Positions 25,331 through 38,305 of a DNA stretch of 64,000 nt are shown here, piece by piece; within the stretch, counting starts at the first letter, position 1; each line of letters begins with the position of its first letter. The notes beneath the pieces are model-generated. The model had not been told where the DNA came from, ran no database searches, and was given only the letters and a program-made list of their open reading frames with translations. Source of the stretch: Camelus dromedarius (lineage: Eukaryota); assembly GCF_036321535.1 (NCBI RefSeq), contig NC_087447.1:48734001-48798000 (forward strand), given 5' to 3'. The translations under genes were made by a program, and so were the position numbers.

Positions 25331-28300
25331 GTACGAAAACCAGAAGGTGTGTGTCATTCATTCATTCCCACAACCAGTATTTAGGGTCTGCTTGTGTTCT
25401 GCAGGCCCTGCCCTAGGCACCTGATTCAGTAATGCACATTGTTAGGGAAAAAAAAAAAGATCTGTTCTGGGAAGCTTAACATTCTTAGAGCAGACAATAA
25501 GGAAGTATTAAAGCATTAAATATATAAGGTTATCTCACACGCTGATAACTGCTATGAAAAGAAAAATAAAATAGGGTGGAGTTCCCTGAGGAAAGAGAGA
25601 TTAACGTGCAGGAGGTTTACTGGAGTGGGGATGGGGAAGACTTTGGAGACCAAGCCTGGGAGGGAGTGATGGAAGCAGGATTAGGCAGAAGGAGAGGCTG
25701 AGTTGTGAAACTCTCAGCAGAGGCCTCAGCCAATCCCAAAGAATGCTTTGAGCCTGGGATGACCTTTCAGAGTTGTTCCAAATTAAAGAAGGGGGTCAGA
25801 AATTTATATCCTTGTTTTGACCAGTGATAGAGGCTTTATCTGGAGAGGTGCTATAACTTTTGGCAAGGCTGCTTCCTTTGGTGAAGGGCAATTCCCAGAC
25901 AGAAATTATGAACCATGAGCAACCTCCCCCCACCCCCGAAGCTGGGGGGAATGACAAGCTAGATCCCGAGGTTGGATCTGGACCATAACATTCATTATGT
26001 TGTATTGGAGTGTGATTTAAACAAATACAAATTCATTCAATAAACTTTTACTGAATACCAGCTATGTGTTAGGCCTATTGCTAGGTAAGGAGGTTACACA
26101 AGGATATCCCCTCTTGTATTCTTACCCCCCTCCTTGTGTTCTTAATAACATACAGAATCCAGTTTTTATGTCTTCAGTCTATCCTCTGAATCTGTCTTCT
26201 AAGCTGCAGCCAAGGATTGTTCAAATGAAAAGAAAGGAGAATGAAAAGAAGAAAGCAGAAAAATACAGAGAATAATGTAACAAATTACTGTTTACCCACC
26301 ATTCAGCCTTAGCAAATTTTAATACTTTACAGCTTTTGCTCAGGTCTTTTTTAATTTTAGAAGCTAATAATATTGATCGCTCCTGAAGGTATCTGAAAGA
26401 CATTTCATAAATTTAGACATAAAAATCCTAAGCAAATATTAGCAAATTTATCCAGCAATGTATAAAGGGGTTAATACACCGTGATGAAGTAGTGTTTAAT
26501 CCCAGGAATACAAGATTGGCTTAACATTCTAAAATCAAAAAATGTAATTCACCAAAAAGGAGAAAAACCATATGATTATTTTCAATAAATGCAGAAAAAG
26601 CAGTTGACAAGAATCAACACTTACTCTAACCAAAACTCTTATCAAACTAGGAAGAGAAGAGAAATCCCCCAATCTGATGATGGGCATTGCATCAATCAGG
26701 ATTTAGATGAGAGAGAAACCACACAGATAATATTTTAATTAATTTTTTTTGAGAAGATGGTAGACTCATATGCAATTATAAGGAATAATACAGAGAGATC
26801 CTGTGTACCCTTTACCCAGTTTCCTCCAAAGCTAATATCTTGCCAGTGTCACAGGACATTGACATTGATATAGCCAAGATACAGAACATTTCCATCACCA
26901 CAAGGATGCCTCATGTTGCTCTTTTATATCTACACCACTACTTAACTCCTGGCAAACACTAATCTGTGTTATATAAATGGAATCATACAGTATATAAACT
27001 TTGAGAATTAGCTTTTTTTTCACTCCGCATAACTTTCTAGAGACTCATCCAGATTGTTGCTTATATCAATAATTCATTTCTTTTTATTGATGAGTAGTAT
27101 TCCATGATAGAGATGTACCACAATTTGTTTAACCATTCACTTATTGAAGAATAACTAGGTTTTCTCCAGTTTTCAAATATTCTGACTAAAACTGCTGCAA
27201 ACATTCATGTACAGGTTTTTCATGTGAGCATACATTTTCATTTCTCTGGAATTAGTGCCCAAGAGTGTAATTGCTGGATCATATAGTAGCTGCATGTTTA
27301 GTTTTTCAAGAAACTGCCAAACTGCTCTCCACAGTAGCTGTACCATTTTATATTCCCACCAGCAATATATATACACGAATGATGTTTCTCTGAATCCTTG
27401 CCAGCATTTGGCATTAACACTATTTTTTATTTTAGGCATTCTGATAGGTATATAGTGGTATTTCATTGTGATTTTAATCTGTATTTGCCTACTGGCTGAT
27501 GGTGTTGAACATCTTTTCATGTGTTTATTTTCCATCTGTATATCCTCTTCAATGAAATGTCAGTTCATATCTTTTCCCCATTTTCTAATTAGTTGTGTTT
27601 TTTACTATTGAGTTTTGAGAGTTCTTTATATATTCTAAATAATAGTCTTCTGTTAGATATCTGGTTTGTAAATAGTTTCTCCCACTTTATGGCTTGTACT
27701 TTCATCCTCTTAATAGGGTCTTTTGCAGAACAAAATCTGTAATTGTGATAAAGTGAAATTTATCCACTTTTCCTTTTATGGATCATGCTTTTGATCTGAA
27801 AAGTCTTTGCCTAGTCCTAAGTCCTGAAGACTCTCTATTGTTTTTTCCTGTGTTTTGAAGGCTTGATCATAGGTTTTTTGGGGGGGGGGGGGGTATTTGT
27901 TTGTGCCTATGAAAGTTCCATTGCTCCAGCACCATTTGTTTAAAAGGCTATGTTTCCTGTATTTAATTGCTTTTGCATCTTTGTCAAAAACCAGTTAAGC
28001 ATACTTGCATGGGCTGATTTCAAGTTACCCTTCCATTGATCTGTGTGTCTTTCCCTCCACCAATACCATGTTTTTGATTGTTGTAACTTAAAAGTGGGGT
28101 AGTCTGATTCCTCCCACCTTACTTTTCTTCTTTCCAAAATTGTTTTAGTTATTCCAAAATGTTTTTGTTATTGGCCTTTTCATATAAATTTTAGAATAAT
28201 TTTGTCTGTATCTTTAAAAAAATCTTGATCGGACTTTGATAAACATTGCATTAAACTTGTGTATCAATTTGGGAAAAATTGACATGTTTGCTGCATGGGG

Positions 28301-29116
28301 TCTTCTAGTCCAAAACATGGTACATCTTACCATTTATTTAGGTCTTCTCTGAATTCTTTCATCAGCATTTTGTAGTTTTCAGCATACAAATCTGTATGTG
28401 TTTTGTTAGATTTATACCTGAGTATTTCTTTATGAGTGATTCTAAATAGTATTATATTTTAAATTTCTGTGTCCATATGTTCATTGCAAACATATAGAAA
28501 GGCAAACTGATATTTGTATGTTTATATAGCATCCTGCAAGACACCTTGCTGAATTCACTTATTAGTCCTAGGAGTTTTTTGTAGATTCCTTAGACAATCT
28601 TGTTGTCCGCAAATACAGACAGTTCTGTTTTCTTCCTTTCTGACGGACATGCATTTAATTCCCTTGTTTTGCCTTTTTTGCACTGAGTATAACTTCCAGT
28701 ACTATGCTGAACAAGAGTAGTAAGAGCAGATATCCTTGTCTTTTTCCAGTCTTACGGGGAAAGCATTCAATCTTTCACTGTTAAGGATACTGTCAGTTGT
28801 AGCTTTTTTTAGATGATCTTTATCAAATTGAGGGAGTTTTCCTCTTTTTCTCTTTTCCTGAGAGTTTTTGTCATGAAAGGTGTTGAATCTTGTTAAAAGC
28901 TTTTGTTTTTTGCAATGATTGATATGATCATGTGATTTTTCTTCTTTAGTCTGTTAATGTGGTAGAATTAGCTTCATAGGGAAGCTTTGTCCTCTTATAT
29001 TTTCTGGAAGATATTGTGTAGATTGTCTTCTTTCTTCTTTAAACATACGGTAGAATCCTCTGTGAAACCATCTGGGCCTAGAGATTTCTTTTTGGGGAGT
29101 TTTAAAATAACAAATT

Positions 29117-29290
29117 TTAAAAAATAAATTAAAAAATAAATTAATTTTCAAAAAAGAATATGAAAATGAGTATATGTATGTTCCTATATGACTGAAGTAT
29201 TGTGCTGTACACCAGAAATTGACATAACATTGTAAACTGACTAAACTTCAATTTAAAAATATATATATATACATATATAAATAAATAAAT
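29117..29290 (+). mobile_element. Short L1 3' end with TSD
   Basis: ATGACTGAAGTATTGTGCTGTACACCAGAAATTGACATAACATTGTAAACTGAC plus an AT-rich tail. TSD AAAAT(A/G)ACAAATT at 29104-29116 and 29291-29303. Confidence 0.75.
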
Positions 29291-30474
29291 AAAATGACAA
29301 ATTCAATTCTCTTAATAGAGGGCTGTTCAAATTATCTATTTCATATTGGGTGAATTGTAGTAGTTTGTGTTTTTCAAGGAATTACTCCATTTTATCTAGC
29401 TTGTCAAATTTATGTCTGTAGAGTTTTTTGTGATATTCACTTATTATCTTTTTGATGTTTACATGGTCTATAGTGATGTCCTTTTTGTTATCCCTGATGC
29501 TAGTAATCTGTATCTTCTCTCTCTCTTGTTTGTCAGTCTTGCTGGAGGTCTGTCAATTTTATTACTTTTCCTAAAGAATCAGCTCTTTGTTTTATTGTTT
29601 CTATTGTTTTTATGTTTTCAGTTTCATTTATTTCTGCTCTTATCTTTATTATTTCCTTCCTTCTGCTTGCTTTGAGTATATTTGGTTCTTCTTTCCTGTG
29701 TTTTCTCAATGGGAGCTTAGGTAATTGATTTAAGATTTCTTCTCTTTTCTAGTGTATGGATTTAGTGCTAAATTTAGTGATAATTTGTTTCTCTCATTGT
29801 GACTTTAACAGTATCCCACAAAGTTTGAAATGTTCTATATTAATTTTCATTCAGTTCAATGTAGTTTTAAAAATTTCTTTGAGACTTCCTCGTTGATTCA
29901 TGGATTATTTTGAAGTATGCTGTAGTACTGTTATCTGTCTGTTAATCATTTCCAGTTTGATTCCATTGTTGACAGAGAACACACTGTGATTCCAATTTTT
30001 TAATTTTTTCTAATGGCCTAGCATGTGGTTTGTCTTGTTATATGTTCTGTGGTCACTTTAAAAGAATGTATATTCTTTTGTTGTTGGGTGCAGTGTTCTA
30101 TAAATGATCATTAGAATCAACTGGTTGATGGTGCTGTTGAATTTTTCTGTATCTTTGCTGATTTTCAGTCTCTTTGTTCCACCATTTGTTCAGAGAAGTA
30201 CACTGTAGTCTCCAACTATAACTGTGGACTTACTTGTCTCTCCCTTAAGTTCTCTAAATTTTTGTTTCACATATTTTTCAACTCTGTTGTTTGGTGTATA
30301 TCCACTTATGATTGCTGTGTATTCTTGATGAATTGACGCTTTTATCATTTTATAATGTTATTCTTTGTCTCTGATAATTTTTTTGCTATGAATTTTACTT
30401 TATCTGATATTATTGTAGCCACTTCTTTTCTTTGATTAATTTTACACAATTTATATTTTCCATCCTTTTACTTT

Positions 30475-31002
30475 CTTTCTTTAAATTTTTTTTTTATTGA
30501 AGCATAGTTGATTTACAATGTTAGTTTCAGGTGTACAGCTAATCAATTCAGTTATATATATACATACATATATATGTTCTCTTTTCAGATACTTTTCTAT
30601 TATATGTAATTACAAGAACTCGAATATAGTTCCCTGTGCTATTTAGTAGAAACTTGTTTATCTGTTTTGTATATAGTAGTATGTATCTGTTAATCCCAAA
30701 CTCTTAATTTATCCCTCCCCAACCCTTTCCCCTTTGGTAACCATAGTTTGTTTTCTATGTCCATGAGTCTATTTTTGGTTTGTAAATAGAATTTGTATCA
30801 TTTTTATTTAGATTCCACATGTAAGTGATATCAAATAAATAGAATTTGTATCATTTTTATTTAGATTCCACATATAAGTGATATCAAATAGTATTTGTCT
30901 TCCTCTGTCTGACTTCCTTCACTTAATATGGTAATTTCTAGGTCCATCCATGTTGCTGCCAATGGCATTACTTGATTCTTTTTATGGCTGAATAATATTC
31001 CT

Positions 31003-31033
<31 letters not shown>

Positions 31034-31267
31034 CGCAAGCACGCGCGTGTGTGTGTATACCACATCTTTCTCCATTCATCTGTCAATGGACAGTTAGGTT
31101 ATTTCCATGTCTTGGCTATTGTGAATAGTGCTGGTATGAACATTAGGGTGCATGTGTCTTTTCAAATTATAGTTTTCTCTGGATATATGCCCAGGAGTGG
31201 GATTGCTGGATCATATGGTAAGTATATTTTTCGTTTTCTAAGGAACCTCCATACTGTCCTCCATAGT
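30475..31267 (-). mobile_element. Younger 5'-truncated L1 with 14-bp TSD
   Basis: T-tail, L1 3' UTR and ORF2 end ([13 protein letters not shown]). TSD CATCCTTTTACTTT at 30461-30474 and 31268-31281. Confidence 0.9.
31002..31060. repeat. (TG)n(CG)n compound microsatellite
   Basis: TGTG...TGCGCGCGCGCGCAAGCACGCGCGTGTGTGTGTATAC, an almost uninterrupted purine-pyrimidine alternation. Confidence 0.95.
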
Positions 31268-31874
31268 CATCCTTTTACTTTTAATCTGCCTTTATTATTA
31301 TATTTAAAGTGAGTTTGTTATAGACAGCATATAGTTGGGTTATGCTTTTTTCTTCTACCAAGCCAATCTGTTTTTTAATTGGAGGTATATAATTCTTATA
31401 TATTGCTGTATTTGGTTTGCTAGTATTTTGTTGAGGATTTTTGCCATTTAGTATTGGCAAATGGTATTAGACCATTTTGATTTAAGGTAATTATTGATAT
31501 ATTAAGGCTTTATCCTGACACTTTTAAATTTTTGTTTGTTCCCCCTATTTATTATTTCTCTGTTTTCTTTTTCCTATTTCCTGTGCTCAACATCATTAAT
31601 CATCAGGGAAATTTAAATTAAAACCAATGCCATTATGCAGTTACCAGAATGGCTAAAATTAAAAAGACTGAAAATATCAAGTATTGGCCAGGTTGTGGAG
31701 CAACCAGAAGTCTCAGATATTGCCGGTGATAGTGTAAAATGGAATAAACACTTTTGGTAAAGGTCTGGCATTTTTTTGTGAAATTAAATAGACACCTAAC
31801 CTATGACCCAGTTTTAATCCTAAGAATTAACCCATAATAAATGAAAGCATTTATTCCACAAAATATTTGAATTC

Positions 31875-32220
31875 ATCAACCAGGAAGCTCTACTGAGCCT
31901 TGGTGTCCAGACTTTTTATTGGGATTTCATTACAGAGGCATAATTGATTGAATCATTGGCCACATGATTGAACATCTCCAGTCCTCCTCTTCTCCCTGGA
32001 TCTCAGGTTGGCTCAGAGCCCCAACCCTCTAATCATGTGGTTGGTCTTTCTGGTGACCAGCCCCATCCTAAGTCATCCAATCCTTTAGCAGAAACTCAGA
32101 TTTATGATTCAAAGAGCTCATGATAACAAAGATACTTCTATTACTTGGGAAATTCCAAGGGTTTAAATTCACCCTCCCAGTAATCAAGGACGAAGGCCAG
32201 TCAAATTCTTTATCATATAA
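31875..32220 (-). mobile_element. MER21-like LTR fragment
   Basis: The reverse complement shares GGCTGGTCACCAGAAAGACC...CATGATTAGAGG with the LTR at 45658-46513. Confidence 0.65.
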
Positions 32221-35200
32221 GAAATAGACATTATTATTGCCCCCATTTTACAGGTAAGTGGGGACCTACAGAGGTTGCTCAAAGTCACACAGCTAGTAAG
32301 TAACAAAACCAGGACTCAAACCTAGATATGTCTGACCACAGTCTTGATACTCTTCACTATATATATTGTCTGAAAGTAATTGTTCACTATTTACTGAATG
32401 AATAAATTACTAGGAAAATATCAAAGATGATTCTGAAATTTCTAGCTTGGAGGGACTGAGAATGATCAAGGCTTTTCTAAGAACTTCATTGGTCCTAGAT
32501 ACATATATTTTGCAGGTCCTATCCTATATTAAAAATGTTCCTGTATCCCATGTCAGAGATTATTTCTTTGCTAAAAATATCTGAAATATTTAAAAATTTT
32601 TACTTTGAAATCATTTGGCTCTGTCTACTTAAATTATGACAGTTTTTGACTTCTTGGCAATCACAGTCCATACATGGAATGTTTGCAAAGTGAGAAAAAT
32701 CAAACTTAGAAATTATTTTAAATGTGATCAAATGTTCATGAATACCAACTCCAGCTCTTGCCTTACATTCCGCATTGCAGCCAGGGGCAGGGCCGCTGCG
32801 TTGCACAATGGCAGGTAGCATCATTCTTATAGACTGCAATGCAAATGTGCCCACTGGAGTTGTCTGATGGAATAGCTCTGGCCAGGGAGTTAGGGGAAGG
32901 ATGAAGAAGAGCCCCCATCCACTACACAACCAGAAGTAGCAGGGATCACTTGTATTCACATCTCATGTCCAGAAGTTAGTCACATGACCACATCTAGCTT
33001 CAGGAGGGGTTGGAAAGTGTAGTCTTTTGCTGGGTGATATTGTGCCTAGTTAAAACTCAGCTGATCTATTAATAAGGGAGGAGGGACATATGTGGCAATC
33101 ACTGTCACAATTAAGTTGAATAGCTAATGAAGTTGATATTAATTTATACTGGTAGACATTTGTCTAAATATTTATTGATTGAGATTTTATAGCTTTCTTT
33201 TTGTATTTTGGATTCTATTTTGGAAAAAATGGGAGGAAGTGGTCTTAAATGATTGTCTTAAAAAACTTGTCAGCTCCAGGTGCTGGGCCTTTGGTACCCA
33301 ATGGATACAAGACCTCTGAGGGTGATGAGGCCAGTAACCAAGAGAGGGAACCCAGGGTGAGTGGGATCTCTCTCAGCTCTGGCCCCCCTCCTAGACGAGA
33401 AGGTAGCTCCTCAAAGGGTGTGTGGCCAGATTCCATATGAAATTTGTGAGGCAAAGAGAGTATAGACACTTAAACATTAAATATTAACTAATCCTTATGT
33501 AGTTGGGGAATAGCCCACAAAGGTGGAGAAGAAGGAAGTGGGAATGGGGGTGGGGACAGGGAACAACAACCAGAATGAGGCTCAGGGCCAAGAAATAAAG
33601 AGGGAGACAAAATAGCACGGATAGACATATACAATGGTAGGTTTCAGGGCAGATTACAAAAGTCATTGTGAGTCATTAATGGCAGTGCTATTGTTTAAAA
33701 ATAAACATAACATTTAGAGAGCTCCAGGCTCTGAAGGAAAAACAGAGGTTGGATTACTTAAGACCCTGTCCCAGGGTACTTATTGTCTATAAATAAATAT
33801 ATATGAGGTAGGGAAAGTAACTCAAATGACTTGGTTCCTGTAAAAGATGAACTTTGTGCTCTAGCCTGAGAAAAGTCCTGATATGAACTGGAAGGAGTCC
33901 TTGGCTGGGCAGTTGGGGGTCTGGGTTCATGTTCTGTGTCTGTCACTATTTGAGAATGTGAGCTGCTTTGTGGTAGGTAATGCAGAGTTTGATCCCTGGA
34001 TCCCACCTATCCTAGTGCCTGGCACAAAGAAAGTTTTTAGTAAATATTAGGGGATGAATGGTTTATTAAATGAATAACGAGCTATGTGTCCTTGAACAGG
34101 GACCTTTTACCAGGGGTCTTGACTATAAAAGAAAATATTGGATCTAGGTGGGCTTCAGGTCCCCAGTGACCCCAAATTTTCTGGACATGAGGACTTTTAT
34201 TTGGTTGCCATTACCTTAAAAAGTGTTTATCTGATAGCATGCTGAGCCCAGTCTAAACTCAACTTACAAGGCTCAGCTCAAAGACTGCCTCCTCTATAAT
34301 GTCTCCCCTACCCTTCCCTCAACAAATTCTGCCTCTGCTAGTACATAGTCTGCCTGACTTACTGTGAGTTTGGTTCATCACCTTCCCACCCCCGACTTGA
34401 CCTGTGACCTGAAAATAGGAAGTAAAGTTAACACTTATGTTGTACTTAAAGTGTGCCAGGCACTCTGAAAACTTTAAAATCGTCAATGCATTTAATATCT
34501 TAACCCATGAAGTAGGTACTATCATTTTCCTCATTTCACAGATGAAAAAAATGGAGGTACAGAGTGAGTAACTTACTTACCATTAGGCTACTTGAGTGGC
34601 AGGGACAGGATTCAAATCTGGGTAGTCAGGCTCCAGAATCCTTGCCCTTACCCAGGACCTTGACTTGTTCCCATAGCAAATACCCCACAGCAAACAAAAA
34701 TCTCATAGTTTGGCATGTAGTAGGTACTTGTAAAAATGACTCTTGAATAAATAAACAAAAGCGGGAAACTGGAAGCAGGGTATTAGAAGGGCTTGTGGTT
34801 CCCCTGATTACCCATTTGCCCACTGAGCAGGGGTTAGTATGTGTTTCAGTGCATCCACACACCCACTCATCCATCTGTCCATCCTTCCATCCACTTGCCC
34901 AGTCATCCATCCCTCCATCTAGTCAATGAATAGTTACTATCCTACCCCACCCCACAGTGGGTGCCAGTGATACAAAAATGAATTGACATAGAAGTGGTGA
35001 CAAGTGTGACAGACAATGGCGGTACGGTATGACAGGAGCTACGCAAAAGAGGGTGCCACTAACTGCCTGGGGGGAGCCAGGGAACACTTCTTAGTCTATG
35101 GGACATAAATTCAGCTTGGGGTTTTTAACCTGATGGGCCAGCATCCTGCCTAATCCCAGTCCATGTAGTGTGACAGAACAACCTGCCTTCTCAGCTGCTG

Positions 35201-37139
35201 GCTGCAGTCTTGCCTTGGGGACCAAGAGCTCTGGTGTCCTTGCTGGGTGCCATGCCTCTAGATTGAGCCATACCCCTTTGGACTGTGATTCTGACTGTTG
35301 ATCCTGACCCTTCAGTGCCAGGCCCACAGTCAACCATGGCCCTCTTGCCAGATCCCATCAGCTCCCACCCTTTCCTTTTCAGCAATAGCCAGGGCGCAAC
35401 ATGCCCCTAAGCATGTGATAAGACATAGACCTGGTACCTGTAGGTTCCCTGATCTTTAGTATTCTTGACTCTCTTCTCAGCTTCTAAGGAGGCACAGGGA
35501 AGACTAAGCAAGGACTCAGTCCAGAACACACCTGAGAGGGCTCAGCGTGGATGCTGCTTGTCAGCACTGTCCTGGCCTCAGAAATTGTCCAGATCCTTGC
35601 CTACCCCAATGTTCAGGAAAGGCAAGGGGCTTACTGAAGGGCATTTAGTAAAAGGGACAGGACTGGAACTCAGGACTTCTGACAACCAGCCTGTGTTCTT
35701 TCCTTTATACTAGGGGCTCTGAAATCCATTTTTAGTAATGGAAATTTTCTCAAGGAAATCTTATACAGATCCCCACTATATAAAGCAGAAAGCCTCTGCT
35801 TCGTTGTCTCTGCCTCCCTGTCTCAGCCTTTCAGTCACTTCTTATTTTTTTATCATTAGTTCTCAACAGTGAAAGTGGGACCTGTGAGATCTTACAGCAG
35901 CTGCTTCCCTCCAGCCTGTTAACACCCATCTCACATTCCACACTGCAGCCAGCGACCTTTCACAGACCCAGACCCATCTGTGCCATCTTTCAGTTTAAAA
36001 ACATCCAATCACCTATTTGGCCAACAATATTTATTAAGTGCTTTCATTGCGCAAGTTAAGAGTTTGATGGACAGAACAGATAATCCCTGCCTGCTTTTGG
36101 GGGATGGGAGAGACAACAAATCTGTGGGCACCCAAATTGCTAAACTAGGCATGCTGATCAAGAATAAAACTGGGAGAATGGCTTGAGGTCAGAGAGCTGC
36201 ACAGGGGCCAGTCCTCTGAGAGCCTTAAAGGTCACTGAAGTTATTTGTCTTTATTCTAAGAGCAAAAGGAATGCAATTGAATTTTTTTTTCCTTTTTCAT
36301 ATTCTTTTTCATTATAGGTTACTACCAGATATTGAATATAGTTTCCTGTGCTATACAGTAGGACCTTGCTGTTTATCTACTTTATACATGATGTAACTGA
36401 GCAGGACTCTATTGTCATCTGTGACCACATGGTATTTGTAACTGCTTAATTGTGTTATAGTTTAAAGAGTTTTTCTCATACTCCTGCCTACCAGGGTTAG
36501 GCTGGAGAAGAGGGAGGCTTGGGTGTTCCGTCCAACCTCTTTATGCTGCTGCTTATGGGGATCATACTCAGAAATAGTATTTGGGAGGCAGAATCTGCAG
36601 ACCAGCTGATGAATTGGATAAGGGGGTAAGGAAGAAGGAGGGATCGAGGGCAATGCCACCCATGGACCTGGGCGTTACAAGCCTTATTATCACCCCTCCC
36701 CCCCCCCCACAGTTTAATTAGGAATACGTGGTTTCCTTGACACACAGGAGCTGGGGCTCAGCACTGGCGTTGCATGTCCTGTGCACTAAACATTCCCTCT
36801 TGAGCCTAACCTCATTCAGGCTCCATTAAGTGCATAGTTTGAGGAGACAAATGTATCCACCTGTGAAACAACCGTCCCACTTGGTCATGGATACAGATCA
36901 TTTCCATTATGCATGTCTGAAGTTCTGTGGTTTGTGCTGCTGCCCACATGAGAGGGGACACTGCTCTGGAGTATAGGGAACACCTGAGTAGCAGAAGCTC
37001 TTTGATAATGAACCATGGAAACTTTTCTCTCAGATAGCATGAGTGCATCCTGAGGCATCGTTTCCCAGAAGAGCAGAGAGTCCATTTTCTTGCTTCTCTT
37101 CGATTTACAATTCATGTTCTAGGAGGAATTCAAGAATTG

Positions 37140-38305
37140 TTTGGTATTTGTGATAGTTGCAGGTGGCAGCTAATAAATATTTTGCACATTAACAATCCAT
37201 AGTACTCTTAGGGTTGTTTATATGTAGGTCTTCTTATAGCATGATACTGATTCTTTATGGACTTAGATACTGCTTTAAGGAATGATGAAAATCACAATAT
37301 AACTGGTAGCATTTATGTGATAAAATTAAAATGTTTTGGAATATTTTCTCTTATAGTTTATATGTCTCAATAATTTTTATAAATTTGTTTTAATACAGAA
37401 ATATAATTATTATGAAATATATAATTTATTATGTACTCCCATATTTGACCATGATATATAAAATTCATAACACATATTTTTAATCTAAAATATCACTTTA
37501 ATCAACATAAAATTAATGTCAGCCAGGTGCATTTAAAAATAAAATAAAACAAAATAACACTTTAAGAATTTCGCTAATAATGCCAGTTGCTACTGGAAAG
37601 TTTTTCCAAATGGAAATTAACAAGTTTAAAAAAATCAAAAACATATGACTCAACAAAGTTTATTTAATTTTGGACCTTATTGTCACTCAAACAAAATTGT
37701 TTGAAAATCTTGATAATAACAGAGAATAATTAGTGATTTTGCTAAGGTGAAGGCAAGGAAAAATTGATGAAATATGTAATCATTTATGAATCACGTATTT
37801 CTTTTCACTCATATATTATTGTCCATAAATAAAACACCATTAAATTCAGTCATCTTTGATATTTTCTAACTTTCAATCCTAAAAAATCCATAGCTTTTGA
37901 GTAAAAGAATCCTGACACAAAAAGAGTGCACTGCCTAATTACATGGAGTCTTAGAACAAGCAAAACTAACTTACAGTGATAGAAATTAGATGGGTGGTTG
38001 TCTGGAGTGGAAGGGAGGGGACATTGACAGCAAATAGGCAGAAGGAAACTTTCTAGGGTAATGGATATATTCTATATACATGAGTGATTGGGGTGATGGT
38101 TACACAATATCTTTGTCAAAGCTCCTCAAACCATGCCCTTAAAATGTGTGCATTTTATTGTATGTAAAAAATACCTCAATAAAATTAAGAAGACTTTATC
38201 TATTAGTAAGTGAGTAATTGGTTTAATCTGATGTATAACTTTTAAATACTTAGACTTCTGTTGTGTGAGCCCCATTGTATTTTTGGCCTGGGCCCCAGGG
38301 ATAAT
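37140..38305 (+). mobile_element. Fossil hAT (Tip100/Zaphod-like) DNA transposon with transposase C-terminal remnant, interrupted by an L1 3' end (about 37905-38190)
   Basis: 37562-37765 translates across frameshifts to LRISLIMPVAT / ESFSKWKL / MTQQSLFN / LFENLDNN / IISDFAKVKARK, matching the hAT dimerisation-domain pattern. A GCCTGGGCCCC subterminal motif lies near 38290. Outer boundaries are approximate. Confidence 0.75.

Larger units (their letters stand above)
26750..31580 (-). mobile_element. Old, fragmented L1 (L1M-type) with ORF2 remnants and nested younger L1s
   Basis: Minus ORF 27173-27535 reads NKHMKRCST...QIKITMKYHYIPIRMPKIK...KCWQG (ORF2 C-terminus). ORFs at 27940-28137 and 28954-29151 are also ORF2-like. 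The plus strand is T-rich. Confidence 0.85.

Noticed and set aside
24799..25424. Plus-strand ORFs of 205 and 181 aa
   Set aside because: Antisense shadows of the GC-rich LIPT2 exon 1.
36812..37115. Minus-strand ORFs as a possible second retrogene
   Set aside because: None of the three frames gave a protein I recognise, and no poly(A) or TSD was seen.
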